A DNA stretch of 35,718 nt from Flavobacterium sp. (GTDB taxonomy: Bacteria > Bacteroidota > Bacteroidia > Flavobacteriales > Flavobacteriaceae), in the NCBI GenBank assembly GCA_035281405.1, contig DATEDY010000364.1, positions 1 to 35,718 of the forward strand, given 5' to 3'. The notes beneath the pieces were generated by a model. That model was not told the DNA's origin. It did no database searches and saw nothing but the letters and a program-made list of their open reading frames with translations. Positions 19,701 to 27,939 of the stretch are shown one piece after another. How positions within the stretch are numbered: the stretch's first letter is position 1; every line of letters begins with the position of its first letter. A program made the translations under genes and the position numbers.

Positions 19701-22700
19701 ACTCATTTTCCTATAGTTAATACTTTAAAACCTCCAACTAATATAAATGCTCATTTAATTAGAAAGGAGCGACCATTGCTATTGACTTCAGCTTATGAGC
19801 AACAACGTTTTGATGCCATAACAGGAAGTGATAAAACATTAATTCGTTTGACTTTTGATTATAATCATACACAAGAGTTAATAGATTATCATCGTACTAT
19901 TAACGGGGAAGAGATTAGCGGTTATTACGAATTAAATGATAATGATGAGGTATTTGCTTCAGAAATCCAATTGTTTTTCAGAAATGAGATTCCAAATACT
20001 ATTTCGGGTAAGATAACATCGGTTATTCAGGATCCTGCTAATGAATTGTTGTCAATAGTACAAACTGGTCCTTATGTTTTGAGCAGTACTACAACTCAAA
20101 TAAACGGGGTTAATCAAACGGAATCAATAGTTCCTGTTTTACCATCAGGTTTAGAAAATAATTTTATTGGGAGTATTCTTCTTATTGATGAAAAAGAGTT
20201 TGTAATTCATGAGGTAATACAAGGAGGTAATAATCCTAAGTTTAAAGTTTTTAAAAGAGCTGCAAATGGTGTTCAAATAGGCTTTTCAAGTGTTCCGGCA
20301 GAAAATTTGGAAATGCCTGAAAACGGAAAAATGTTTGTTGTAGTTGAGAATATGCTTTCGATGTCTTCTTGGCATTTACCGGCACCTATACCGTTTACTG
20401 TTGGCATGGATTCTCAAATCAGCACAATAAACAAGGAAGAAGTCCTGATACAGCAACCTGATGCTTTGACGGTGGAAGGGCATGTTCAAAAATTCAGAGG
20501 GCTTTTAAGAACGGCCAGCATTACTAAATATCTTGAAACGGTTGAGGTTTATGAAGATGAAAATGACACCTCTCCAACAATTTTGTATAATCAGCATCAA
20601 GGAATTTACAGAATAGAATTCAGAAGTTTCACATTGTATCAACATTACCAGCATTCAGAATCAGGTAATTCGGTTGAATGGTACAATGGAGTTGTTCGCT
20701 TGGAGATGATTGGACAAGAAGGCAGGCCAAGAAAAGAGTATAGGGTAATTAAAACTGAAAACATTGGTGTTTCGGGTCAAAATCTTGTTTTATATATTCT
20801 AGATCCTGAATTTTCTGAGGATAATCCGAATAATGGTGGAATCGGGTATATTAAAACAGGGAAACAACCTGTTGCGTTCTATCCGGGGTATAAAGTCTAT
20901 CTTCATGCAGATTCTGCTGCTGGTTTGACTGAAGAAGCTATTTTGCCGGCAGAAGATGAATCTGAGCAATATTCCATTTTTGGATTGAGAAGTTGGAGGT
21001 CTATTGACTTGTATTCCAAAATATCAGTACCGACTTTGATGTTTGCTAAAAAAGTGGAAGAGCCCAAGCAGCCAGAATTACCTAAAGGAGGTTTGTATGC
21101 TACAAGACCGGATTTTTATGGTAAATCAACCTATACTTTTAAAACTGCGTTTGCTCACAAACCTTATTCAGCTCAGTTTAACAGAGCCAGTGATGTTCAA
21201 ATTTTAAGTGCTATTTATAATTCGACTGAGAGTTTTAATAATAAGGGAGTCCCTATTCCGGCAACTCTTGATGTGGCGTTAAGCACATTATTAAATGAGA
21301 ATGATGAGTATTATGTGAACAGATGGGAAAATTTATTAGGATTTGACTATGAGTATGATGAATTGTATAACATTGATGGTACTTTTAAAAAATACCCGGA
21401 TAATGAAAATGGTATTGCATTACCATTGCCTGACAGCATAAAGTTTATTAACAGTATTAATGCTTTTATTGATGCTCATAATAACTATTATAATAATTTA
21501 CCTGAAATAGTAAGTCATATTGATACGATTGACAATTTACATCAAATTGTAATACCGGAAGTTGTTGGCAGAAACGCTGCTTTACAGATTAAAGACTTTT
21601 TGAAGGACGTTATTCATAACTGCTTTGTTCCTTTAACAGAGATTCCAGTGATTTATAATTACATTAAAAAAGAATCAGATGGTTATGTGCCTATTCCTAA
21701 AAAGCAAGTAATACGTGACAGAAATGGGAATTTATTAGCTGCAACTCATCCTGATTTCGATATGGCACCTATGATGGTTAAGCTTACTCCTAATCCGGGT
21801 TCGGTTAACATACCAGCCGTTGGTCAAAATGAGGTTCAATTCACCGATTATGGATTAGACGGAGCATCAAATGCCAAATATTTTTATACTGTAAGAGAGT
21901 TTGATTTGCAAATGAAAACCAGTGAGTATAGTCCCATTTTAGGGCCAATAAGTTTAGTAAATACATTACCTCCAACTGCTCCTGAAATATTAAAAGTTAC
22001 TCCAATACTAGAAAATAGAGTGCTCGGAGTTTCTCCAAAGATTCAATTTGAAATCAATGCGTATAAGGCCATCCAGAATATCAAAAAGGTAAATCTTTAC
22101 AGAGCTTTTAATAGAGAGACCACTTTATCAATACGTACCATGCAATTAGTAAAAGTGTTTGATGTTGAAACGGAGTCTTTTGATGAGACAGGTCGCTGGA
22201 ATTTTACTGATGATTTTTCAGATTTGTCTGAAATTCCATTTGGAGATCCTCTTTTTTACTGTTTAACAGTATCGAGACAAATTAAATATATTGATAAAGA
22301 TGGAGCAACAATAATTGATTATGCACCTTCTGAAGCTTCTAAAGTTGTTTTGACCAATATTGTTGAAAATTACAGTCCGGAGTCACCTATTATGCAGTAT
22401 TATTCGGAACCATTGGAAAGTCCTGATGTTGATCTGAATTATATTACGCTTTGTTGGAATAAAACAGCTTATAAAGGGAAATATCATTTATATAAAATGA
22501 ACACTCAAGGAAACTGGGTTAAAATTCACGAAGTGATTTCAAATGAAGATACTGTTTATGTGCACCTTGAAGAGACCGAATTGAATGATGATTCATTAAG
22601 GGTGCTATCCGATAATGGTTCAAGATTGTACCACCATTTTAAAGTGATTGCAGAGAATACTTCCGGTATGTTAAGTACCAAGGAGAATATATTGACCATA

Positions 22701-22775
22701 TACAATGAAGTCACCTGGAATGATGTTGGAGGTATAGGTACTATGATTGTAAGCAGAACATTCAGAGTGAGATAA
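16710..22775 (+). CDS. Giant 2021-aa protein: beta-propeller-like N-terminus, Fn3/Ig-like modules, C-terminal GIGxMxV peptide
   Basis: Blade-like repeats (ILKTDVAGNTIWQKEF, LLSIDIDGNIIYS, GLLWSKQF). Pro-led Fn3-like starts (LKPPTNINA, LPPTAPEI, SPESPIM..LCWNK..YHLYK). Ends GIGTMIVSRTFRVR. Confidence 0.6.
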   Translation: MSFINNYTESSHTQFYAEEFYERGIPFIYSIGKSTKGATILKTDVAGNTIWQKEFSAEGLSSELNFKKIIQINGHEGTSYVLSCDDGDNHVLLSIDIDGNIIYSNQLFIRAVGDGFLVKSKTNNDYYYVFSGFFEKTYGGTTLSQIMIIGFKEDGQQAIEKYFYTGSASDLLIRNVLTHQNGITVLADHKGGKSHIIEFEYERLEVLLHKEIMFGEEEEYSNLISHDIAVVSTNYDDPKQNKYIVSGYHTVDQCIYLLSIDVSGTSYFYKFYNTQESLSNLCYTNGLLFLSITNYDNNYSRLHKITTSVPSDFGLLWSKQFNDGGSYYGLAKVIYNPISNYLTSITTDGTLLLYNDGYFRTCITTELEYSIERPVEMKLLSGDSYLTDISNSIHSFSFAVNDVTPSLRVTCEDKVIIPLKGDVTLQSSNFYLQAVGSTGLDSTKGFHLRWLLKGALQNHLPKGNYATTAVNFNKPDDFVKIYRAPYEDFSVVLDLFSIPNLVSDNKRLWTYSTIGRDIFYVHFKDATKYQQARQQYDPISMPKEFIELYGDGVIEIENKTKLSFSVTPYFYASPTANVKLELLSVESNALTAPKYVSLRQKKTAELINDTKLLSENIRSIRFSIDEGQIEKLHFEFYHDFIHQNNSNEKWTSIGQFALTKDTDTAFFRLEPESGLVDTNWLRFNDNAHVNIENYKDKWNGPASGTDVEDKIAFVVDKYIALSDDELNPTAVEQFNFVDPTADPIDGFTPDSEYDPSDPDDAGATFEISNLQLLQVASLDFHVARMLGLGTLDYDPSLYDGKYIYLAQYVTVADLHDGKPSREMHHVYCSLPTTINDERMSLPIDIKEIKYGVSYGNGSENPQLLTDEDGYTHDGRTRFLTLFNEEIYSEPANAGFFHRDIEFDSSLYTEPVYAGIEYKLNGENDWRKPELPFDSRYYNSDSTIALNKRNETVPILIPEQGNPLFLHREKQAGTHIYSSYGINWFSRATGSLVEIPITTHFPIVNTLKPPTNINAHLIRKERPLLLTSAYEQQRFDAITGSDKTLIRLTFDYNHTQELIDYHRTINGEEISGYYELNDNDEVFASEIQLFFRNEIPNTISGKITSVIQDPANELLSIVQTGPYVLSSTTTQINGVNQTESIVPVLPSGLENNFIGSILLIDEKEFVIHEVIQGGNNPKFKVFKRAANGVQIGFSSVPAENLEMPENGKMFVVVENMLSMSSWHLPAPIPFTVGMDSQISTINKEEVLIQQPDALTVEGHVQKFRGLLRTASITKYLETVEVYEDENDTSPTILYNQHQGIYRIEFRSFTLYQHYQHSESGNSVEWYNGVVRLEMIGQEGRPRKEYRVIKTENIGVSGQNLVLYILDPEFSEDNPNNGGIGYIKTGKQPVAFYPGYKVYLHADSAAGLTEEAILPAEDESEQYSIFGLRSWRSIDLYSKISVPTLMFAKKVEEPKQPELPKGGLYATRPDFYGKSTYTFKTAFAHKPYSAQFNRASDVQILSAIYNSTESFNNKGVPIPATLDVALSTLLNENDEYYVNRWENLLGFDYEYDELYNIDGTFKKYPDNENGIALPLPDSIKFINSINAFIDAHNNYYNNLPEIVSHIDTIDNLHQIVIPEVVGRNAALQIKDFLKDVIHNCFVPLTEIPVIYNYIKKESDGYVPIPKKQVIRDRNGNLLAATHPDFDMAPMMVKLTPNPGSVNIPAVGQNEVQFTDYGLDGASNAKYFYTVREFDLQMKTSEYSPILGPISLVNTLPPTAPEILKVTPILENRVLGVSPKIQFEINAYKAIQNIKKVNLYRAFNRETTLSIRTMQLVKVFDVETESFDETGRWNFTDDFSDLSEIPFGDPLFYCLTVSRQIKYIDKDGATIIDYAPSEASKVVLTNIVENYSPESPIMQYYSEPLESPDVDLNYITLCWNKTAYKGKYHLYKMNTQGNWVKIHEVISNEDTVYVHLEETELNDDSLRVLSDNGSRLYHHFKVIAENTSGMLSTKENILTIYNEVTWNDVGGIGTMIVSRTFRVR

Positions 22776-22804
22776 GATAATTAAAAACATTTAAAAATAG
22801 TAGC

Positions 22805-23728
22805 ATGGCAACAAGTAGAGAAAATTTAAAAGGATATTTTAATACCAATGACAGACCTACAGAATCTCAATTTTTTGAATTGATAGAAAGTGGGGTTCAT
22901 TTGGAAGAAGACAAGGCCCCAACCTCTATGGTTGAATTGGGATCAGACAACGCAAAGTTTGTAACTTCCGTAGGTGCAAAGGCTTCAGTTTTGAAATTTG
23001 CTCCCGTTAAAAAAGTTAACAATGAAATTCCGGATTCGAACGGTAATGTTGTTATCACTAATGTAAGTGGGACAGCTTCAACTATTACAGGATCTATTGC
23101 TAAAACTCAGGTTACTGGATTAGTTACTGATTTGAATGCGAAACAGAATACTTTGGTAAGTGGCACAAGTATTAAAACGATTAATGGGAATTCTGTTTTG
23201 GGTTCTGGTAATATTACTGTTGGTTTTACAAGGCTTATTGCTGTTCCCAGTTCTTCTTTTGCATTAGGTAATTCGAATTCGGCTCAAACTGCTTTTCCAT
23301 CGGGATGCGATGAAATCACTATAGCCGCAGACAGAACCTATTTTTTTAGAGGGAAATATTTATTAGCGACAGGTACTGCAGCTCACACAACGGCTATAGG
23401 TTGGGCACTTAGTGGAGGTTTGTCTGTAAATTCTATGGAATATACGGTAAGAACATTTTCATCTGCAGCAAATACTGTTGTTTCAACTGTATCTAATGTA
23501 CAAGTAAGCGGGACAGCTTCTAAGGTTATTAATGCATCAGACACATCAGCTACAACGATTATTGAGTTTGAAGGAGTTTTAAGATGTAAAGATAGTGGAG
23601 GTGTTTTGACACCGCAACTTACGTTTTCTGCTGCACCCGGCGGAACCAACACAATGAGAATTGGTAGCTTTATTGAGTTTGCCGAGATAGGGAATTTTGG
23701 TGTTCAGGCTGTTGGAGATGTCAGATAA
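22805..23728 (+). CDS. Tail-fibre-like protein (anchor, short shaft, beta-sandwich head)
   Basis: N-terminal RENLKGYFNTNDRPTESQFFELIES resembles the Afp13/Pvc13-type fibre anchor. Phage-fibre motifs VKKVNNEIPDSNGNVVI, QVTGLVTDLNAKQ and TLVSGTSIKTINGNSVLGSGNI. S/T/G/A-rich C-terminal domain. Confidence 0.75.
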   Translation: MATSRENLKGYFNTNDRPTESQFFELIESGVHLEEDKAPTSMVELGSDNAKFVTSVGAKASVLKFAPVKKVNNEIPDSNGNVVITNVSGTASTITGSIAKTQVTGLVTDLNAKQNTLVSGTSIKTINGNSVLGSGNITVGFTRLIAVPSSSFALGNSNSAQTAFPSGCDEITIAADRTYFFRGKYLLATGTAAHTTAIGWALSGGLSVNSMEYTVRTFSSAANTVVSTVSNVQVSGTASKVINASDTSATTIIEFEGVLRCKDSGGVLTPQLTFSAAPGGTNTMRIGSFIEFAEIGNFGVQAVGDVR

Positions 23729-23747
23729 AGAGTAAAGCAACAATGAT

Positions 23748-24743
23748 ATGGAAGTGAAATATGGTTTTAGAAAGATGACAATTGATGAATTTGAAGATTA
23801 TATTTCAAATTTGAAGATTGCCAGAACCATCCTGTTTTTACAACAACATCATACTTATAAGCCTTCATACGTACATTTTAATGGCGGTAATCATTTTGAT
23901 TTACAACAGAATATGAAACAGTTTCATGTGGCTCATAACGGATGGCAAGATATAGGACAACACTTTACAACATTTCCTGATGGGTCAATTATTACTGGTA
24001 GAAATATTGAAAAAACACCGGCCTGTATTCTAGGGAATAATGCGAATGCGGTTTGTATAGAAAATTTGGGAAATTTTGATAAAGGTGCAGACATAATGAA
24101 TGCATCTCAAAAGGAAACAATTATCAGAATGACTGCTGCTTTATGCCGAAAATTCAATCTGGCTATCAACACGAATAAAATTGTTTATCACCATTGGTTT
24201 GATTTGTCAACCGGAGAAAGGAATAATGGTTCAAAAAACAATAAAACTTGTCCCGGGAGTGATTTTTTCGGTGGGAATAAAGTTGATGATTGTAAAAATA
24301 ATTTTTTACCACTTGTCTATAATTTGCTCCAAAGTGATACTCCCAATCCACTTACAGTATCAATTGTTAAATACGTGAGCGTAAAAGCAAGCGTACTTAA
24401 TATAAGGGAAGGAGCCGGCATTGATTATGAGATTGTATCTAATAGAAAATCGGTAAGTCAAGGTTCGATTTTGAGAGTTTTTGCAGAAAAAGACGGATGG
24501 TTGAAAATTTCATCTTCTGCAGAACATTGGGTGTATGGAAAGCTTACCAGTGTGGTTAAACGTGTTTTAGTAAATGCAGATGTATTGAATGTGAGAACTG
24601 GACCTTCAACTGATTTTCCCAAAAGCAGTTCTTTATATAAGGGACAGGAGGTTTTTATTACTGATGAATTGAATGGATGGTGTAGAATTAGTATGGAAAG
24701 CAGATGGGTTAAAATGAATTATTTAGACTTTATAACAAATTAA
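23748..24743 (+). CDS. N-acetylmuramoyl-L-alanine amidase (Amidase_2/PGRP type) with two SH3b domains; endolysin-like
   Basis: QQHHTY, GWQDIGQHF, CIENLGNFD, YHHWF and KTCPG (His/His/Cys Zn ligands). SH3b motifs LNIREGAG and LNVRTGPS. No signal peptide. Confidence 0.88.
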   Translation: MEVKYGFRKMTIDEFEDYISNLKIARTILFLQQHHTYKPSYVHFNGGNHFDLQQNMKQFHVAHNGWQDIGQHFTTFPDGSIITGRNIEKTPACILGNNANAVCIENLGNFDKGADIMNASQKETIIRMTAALCRKFNLAINTNKIVYHHWFDLSTGERNNGSKNNKTCPGSDFFGGNKVDDCKNNFLPLVYNLLQSDTPNPLTVSIVKYVSVKASVLNIREGAGIDYEIVSNRKSVSQGSILRVFAEKDGWLKISSSAEHWVYGKLTSVVKRVLVNADVLNVRTGPSTDFPKSSSLYKGQEVFITDELNGWCRISMESRWVKMNYLDFITN

Positions 24744-24754
24744 AAATACTATTT

Positions 24755-25567
24755 ATGGCCAATTTAGAATGGTTTCCTATAAACCCGCTTTTGAAAGAAA
24801 ACGGAGCGTTTTATTCTTTATCGTTTGAAAAAGAAGCAGATGTATTAAAGCCAGTCGCATTGACTGCAGATGATCAAACTTTTTCTCAATCTGAGGTGTT
24901 TCAACGCTCAATTAATTTGCAAACAGCAGCGGATCTTGGAGTTGTTGTGGGCAGTGTGAATGGCAATTTCAAGTCATTTTGTTTCAGCTATGAAGCGATG
25001 ATGTTTACTGATAAAATAGTTTCAACTCCTATTGGCGGAAAAATTTATGGTACTCGTTGGGGGGCTGGTTTGAGAGTAATCCTTAATGTAACTGATTTGA
25101 AAACCTCTGCTGATTTTAAGTTTGGTGCTTTGGCCGCATCCGCAGAACTGGGTTTGGCTAAAGTTGAGTATCGTATAAATACTATAGGATTTAATAGTCC
25201 GGAGATATTTAAATTATTACCTGGACCGGGAGAATTTAATTTTGATACTTATAATAAAATTCTCGAAGCAGCCGAAATGGTTAAAAAGTATATGTCTGAA
25301 AATGTTGATAAATTAACTCCTCAGCCTTTTCAGGTTTATATGTCGAGTGAGGTTAATAACGATGTATATGTTTCTTCACGTTCTGTAATATATGCAGCGC
25401 GCTGTGTTAGTAATCGTGAAACACTTGCTGAAGCGCTTTCGAAATCAAATGGTAAATACAATAGTGATTTAATTAGAGGATTTTATACAAAAATGGGTAT
25501 TCTTGATGAAAATTCTAAGCCATCAAGAGACGATAGAAATGAAGCTGACGATTATTTAGAAGCATAG
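24755..25567 (+). CDS. Hypothetical protein, 270 aa
   Basis: Operon-spaced ORF (11 nt gap), no signal peptide; core RWGAGLRVILNV...GALAASAELGLAKVEYRINTIG. Confidence 0.85.
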   Translation: MANLEWFPINPLLKENGAFYSLSFEKEADVLKPVALTADDQTFSQSEVFQRSINLQTAADLGVVVGSVNGNFKSFCFSYEAMMFTDKIVSTPIGGKIYGTRWGAGLRVILNVTDLKTSADFKFGALAASAELGLAKVEYRINTIGFNSPEIFKLLPGPGEFNFDTYNKILEAAEMVKKYMSENVDKLTPQPFQVYMSSEVNNDVYVSSRSVIYAARCVSNRETLAEALSKSNGKYNSDLIRGFYTKMGILDENSKPSRDDRNEADDYLEA

Positions 25568-25588
25568 TTATAATTTAACCGGATATTT

Positions 25589-26821
25589 GTGAAGATAGGT
25601 ATTTATATTGGTGGTTTAGGACAGTCTTTTTATGAAGATACTGTTGAGAAATATGCTACGAGAATTAAAAATGAATTGAATTATAGGCATACTGGAGATT
25701 CCTTTGATTTGAAGACCGAAAAAATCTTATATACTGAGGAGAAAGAGAGTACGGTCGTAAGTATATTTAAAAAAGATGGAAATAAGGAAGATGGTGATGT
25801 GGTTTACAAGATATACGATTTTAAATATAATGAGATTTTAACTGAAAAATTTAAAGAGAAAAATATTCTAATTAAGAATCTTATTCTCTTTTTTTTGGCT
25901 GTTAAGAAATTTCCTCAAATTGTGCTGAGACTTTTTAAGTACAATAGTTTTAGCAGACCCTACCTTACTTTTTATGCATTCTTTATTTTGTTTATCATAT
26001 CGCTGGCTATTTTGTTTTTCATTCCTGCGAGTCTTGATGTCGCCACAAACTTAAGTGCTTCAAGTGAGTTTAAACATTTGATGTCCATCCTGAAATTGGA
26101 TGCCATTACAGAAAGTATCAATGCTCTTTTATCAAAATTCAATTGGCCTACTTTAAAAGAATTATTTAAAGCTGGCGTACCAATTACTGCTTTGGTTTTA
26201 TTGATAATTCCTGAATCTAAAGTGATTATTACATCTTTAGCGACAGAATTTGTTTGTGTTGATCACTATATTGATAATGGTGAACGAAGTCAGATAATTT
26301 TAGGAAATCTTGATTTGCTTGTTGAATATATTGCTGAAAATGAACCCAATTCGAAGATTCATTTCCATTGTTATAGTTTTGGAAGTATTGTGGCAAAAGA
26401 TTTGTTATTTCCTGTAGGTAGTTTGCCTTCAGATAATTTAAGAAATCTAACTGAATTATTAGTTACAATAGGTAATCCCTACGAATTTATCAATGCCTAT
26501 TATTCCAATTTTTATTTGGACAGGTGTAATGTGATGGAAGATAAGATTAAATGGGTCAATGTTTACTCTTTGGCCGATGCTTTGGCAACAAATTTCAGAA
26601 GGGATTCTAAAAAAGGTGAGGCAGAGTTTGGTATAGGAAATTTGAATTTATTTCCTATCAATCTTAATTATGAAATTGCAGCTAATAAGAATATGAATGT
26701 TTTTAATTTTTTTACTTTATATGGTATCCGTGTTCATAAATATTATTGGGATATTTCTACACAAGGTCAGAATTGCGTGAGATTGATAATGAATAAAATG
26801 AATGAAAATAATTTCCTGTAA
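25589..26821 (+). CDS. Membrane-anchored alpha/beta hydrolase (lipase-like)
   Basis: GTG start. IYIGGLGQ, nucleophile elbow HCYSFGS (Ser263), LVTIGNP, WVNVYSLAD and HKYYW in canonical order; inserted hydrophobic segments such as YLTFYAFFILFIISLAILFFIPA. Confidence 0.7.
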   Translation: MKIGIYIGGLGQSFYEDTVEKYATRIKNELNYRHTGDSFDLKTEKILYTEEKESTVVSIFKKDGNKEDGDVVYKIYDFKYNEILTEKFKEKNILIKNLILFFLAVKKFPQIVLRLFKYNSFSRPYLTFYAFFILFIISLAILFFIPASLDVATNLSASSEFKHLMSILKLDAITESINALLSKFNWPTLKELFKAGVPITALVLLIIPESKVIITSLATEFVCVDHYIDNGERSQIILGNLDLLVEYIAENEPNSKIHFHCYSFGSIVAKDLLFPVGSLPSDNLRNLTELLVTIGNPYEFINAYYSNFYLDRCNVMEDKIKWVNVYSLADALATNFRRDSKKGEAEFGIGNLNLFPINLNYEIAANKNMNVFNFFTLYGIRVHKYYWDISTQGQNCVRLIMNKMNENNFL

Positions 26822-27067
26822 TTTTATTGAAAAGAAGAAGGTTGTAATGTATTAGATTAGATATTTTAATATTGTGATTATAAGGACAAAATGAATTTAA
26901 AGCCTAACAATTGGATAATGAAACCAAATGTTAGGCTTTTTCGAATTCTTATGGGGTTAAATAGGATTTTAATTGTTGTGAAAGACATAAAGTGACTTCG
27001 AGTAAAAGAAACAATCATGTTGGTGTTTTTTTTAGAAATTAGGATAGAATTAAAAAACACGATTTTA

Positions 27068-27119
27068 TTTGCGTAGTTAAATAACTACATATATATTTGT
27101 GTAGTCAAATAACTACATA
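27068..27119 (+). promoter_or_regulatory. Bacteroidota sigma-A promoter flanked by two palindromic ArsR operators
   Basis: -33 TTTG at 27068-71 and -7 TATATTTG at 27092-99 (20-bp spacer). Palindromes GTAGTTA-aa-TAACTAC (27073-88) and GTAGTCA-aa-TAACTAC (27101-16). Confidence 0.85.
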
Positions 27120-27443
27120 ATGAATTTAAGACGAGATGTATTTCAAGCGATAGCAGATCCAACCAGAAGAGCGATTTTACTTTTGGTTTCTGCCCAATCG
27201 GTAACTGCGGGAGCTATAGCTTCTAATTTTGATACGGCAAGGCCGACTATTTCCAAGCATTTGCAGATATTGACCGAATGTGAATTACTCGGTAAAGAGC
27301 AAATAGGCCGTGAAATTTATTACAGCCTTAATACGGAAAAGATGAAAGAGATTGCCGACTTTATTGAGCCTTTTCGTCAGTTATGGGAGCAAAGATTCAA
27401 TACATTGGAACAAATCATGAAATCTTATAAACCTAAAAACTAA
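27120..27443 (+). CDS. ArsR/SmtB family transcriptional regulator
   Basis: [15 protein letters not shown]...[14 protein letters not shown]...GREIYY. Confidence 0.95.
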   Translation: MNLRRDVFQAIADPTRRAILLLVSAQSVTAGAIASNFDTARPTISKHLQILTECELLGKEQIGREIYYSLNTEKMKEIADFIEPFRQLWEQRFNTLEQIMKSYKPKN

Positions 27444-27448
27444 AAAGA

Positions 27449-27919
27449 ATGGAACAAAAAACCAAAATCAATGCCGAAGAAGGCAGGCAGGAAATTGTAA
27501 TTACGAGAGAATTCGATTTACCGTTGGAATTATTGTTTACGGCTTATGTTGAAGCAGACATCGTTGCACAATGGATGGGGACCAAAGTGCTGAAACTGGA
27601 TTCGAAAAAGCACGGCAGCTACCAATTTGTAACAACAGATCCCAAAGGTAACGAGCATCATTTTAACGGAACAATCCATGAATTTGTTCCGAACAAAAAA
27701 ATTACCCGCACTTTTGAAATGGAGCATACTTCTTTTCCGGTGCAATTGGAATTTTTAAACTTTGAGGGAATAACAGAAACGACCAGTAAGTTAACCATGC
27801 AGGTAGTATACAAATCGGTTGAGGACCGCAACAACATGCTAAAACTGCCTTTTGCCCAAGGGATCAACTTTGCGCATAACAGACTAGAGGAAATTGCAAA
27901 ACAGCTTAAAACAAATTAA
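27449..27919 (+). CDS. SRPBCC/AHSA1-like domain protein
   Basis: EIVITREFDLPLELLFTAY...QWMG and FVPNKKITRTF; standard ArsR-SRPBCC pairing. Confidence 0.92.
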   Translation: MEQKTKINAEEGRQEIVITREFDLPLELLFTAYVEADIVAQWMGTKVLKLDSKKHGSYQFVTTDPKGNEHHFNGTIHEFVPNKKITRTFEMEHTSFPVQLEFLNFEGITETTSKLTMQVVYKSVEDRNNMLKLPFAQGINFAHNRLEEIAKQLKTN

Positions 27920-27939
27920 TCAAACTAAAATAAACAACT

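Noticed and set aside
9893-22775. T9SS-secreted adhesins
   Set aside because: Neither giant has a Sec signal peptide or a convincing T9SS C-terminal domain.
2599-26821. Prophage, canonical eCIS/T6SS, or Tc/RHS toxin locus
   Set aside because: No terminase, capsid, sheath, tube, VgrG, PAAR or baseplate J, and no RHS core with DPxG cleavage motif that I can recognise.
26878-27060. 60-aa minus-strand ORF as a holin
   Set aside because: Opposite strand, non-ATG start, no clean TM helix; low-complexity AT-rich spacer.
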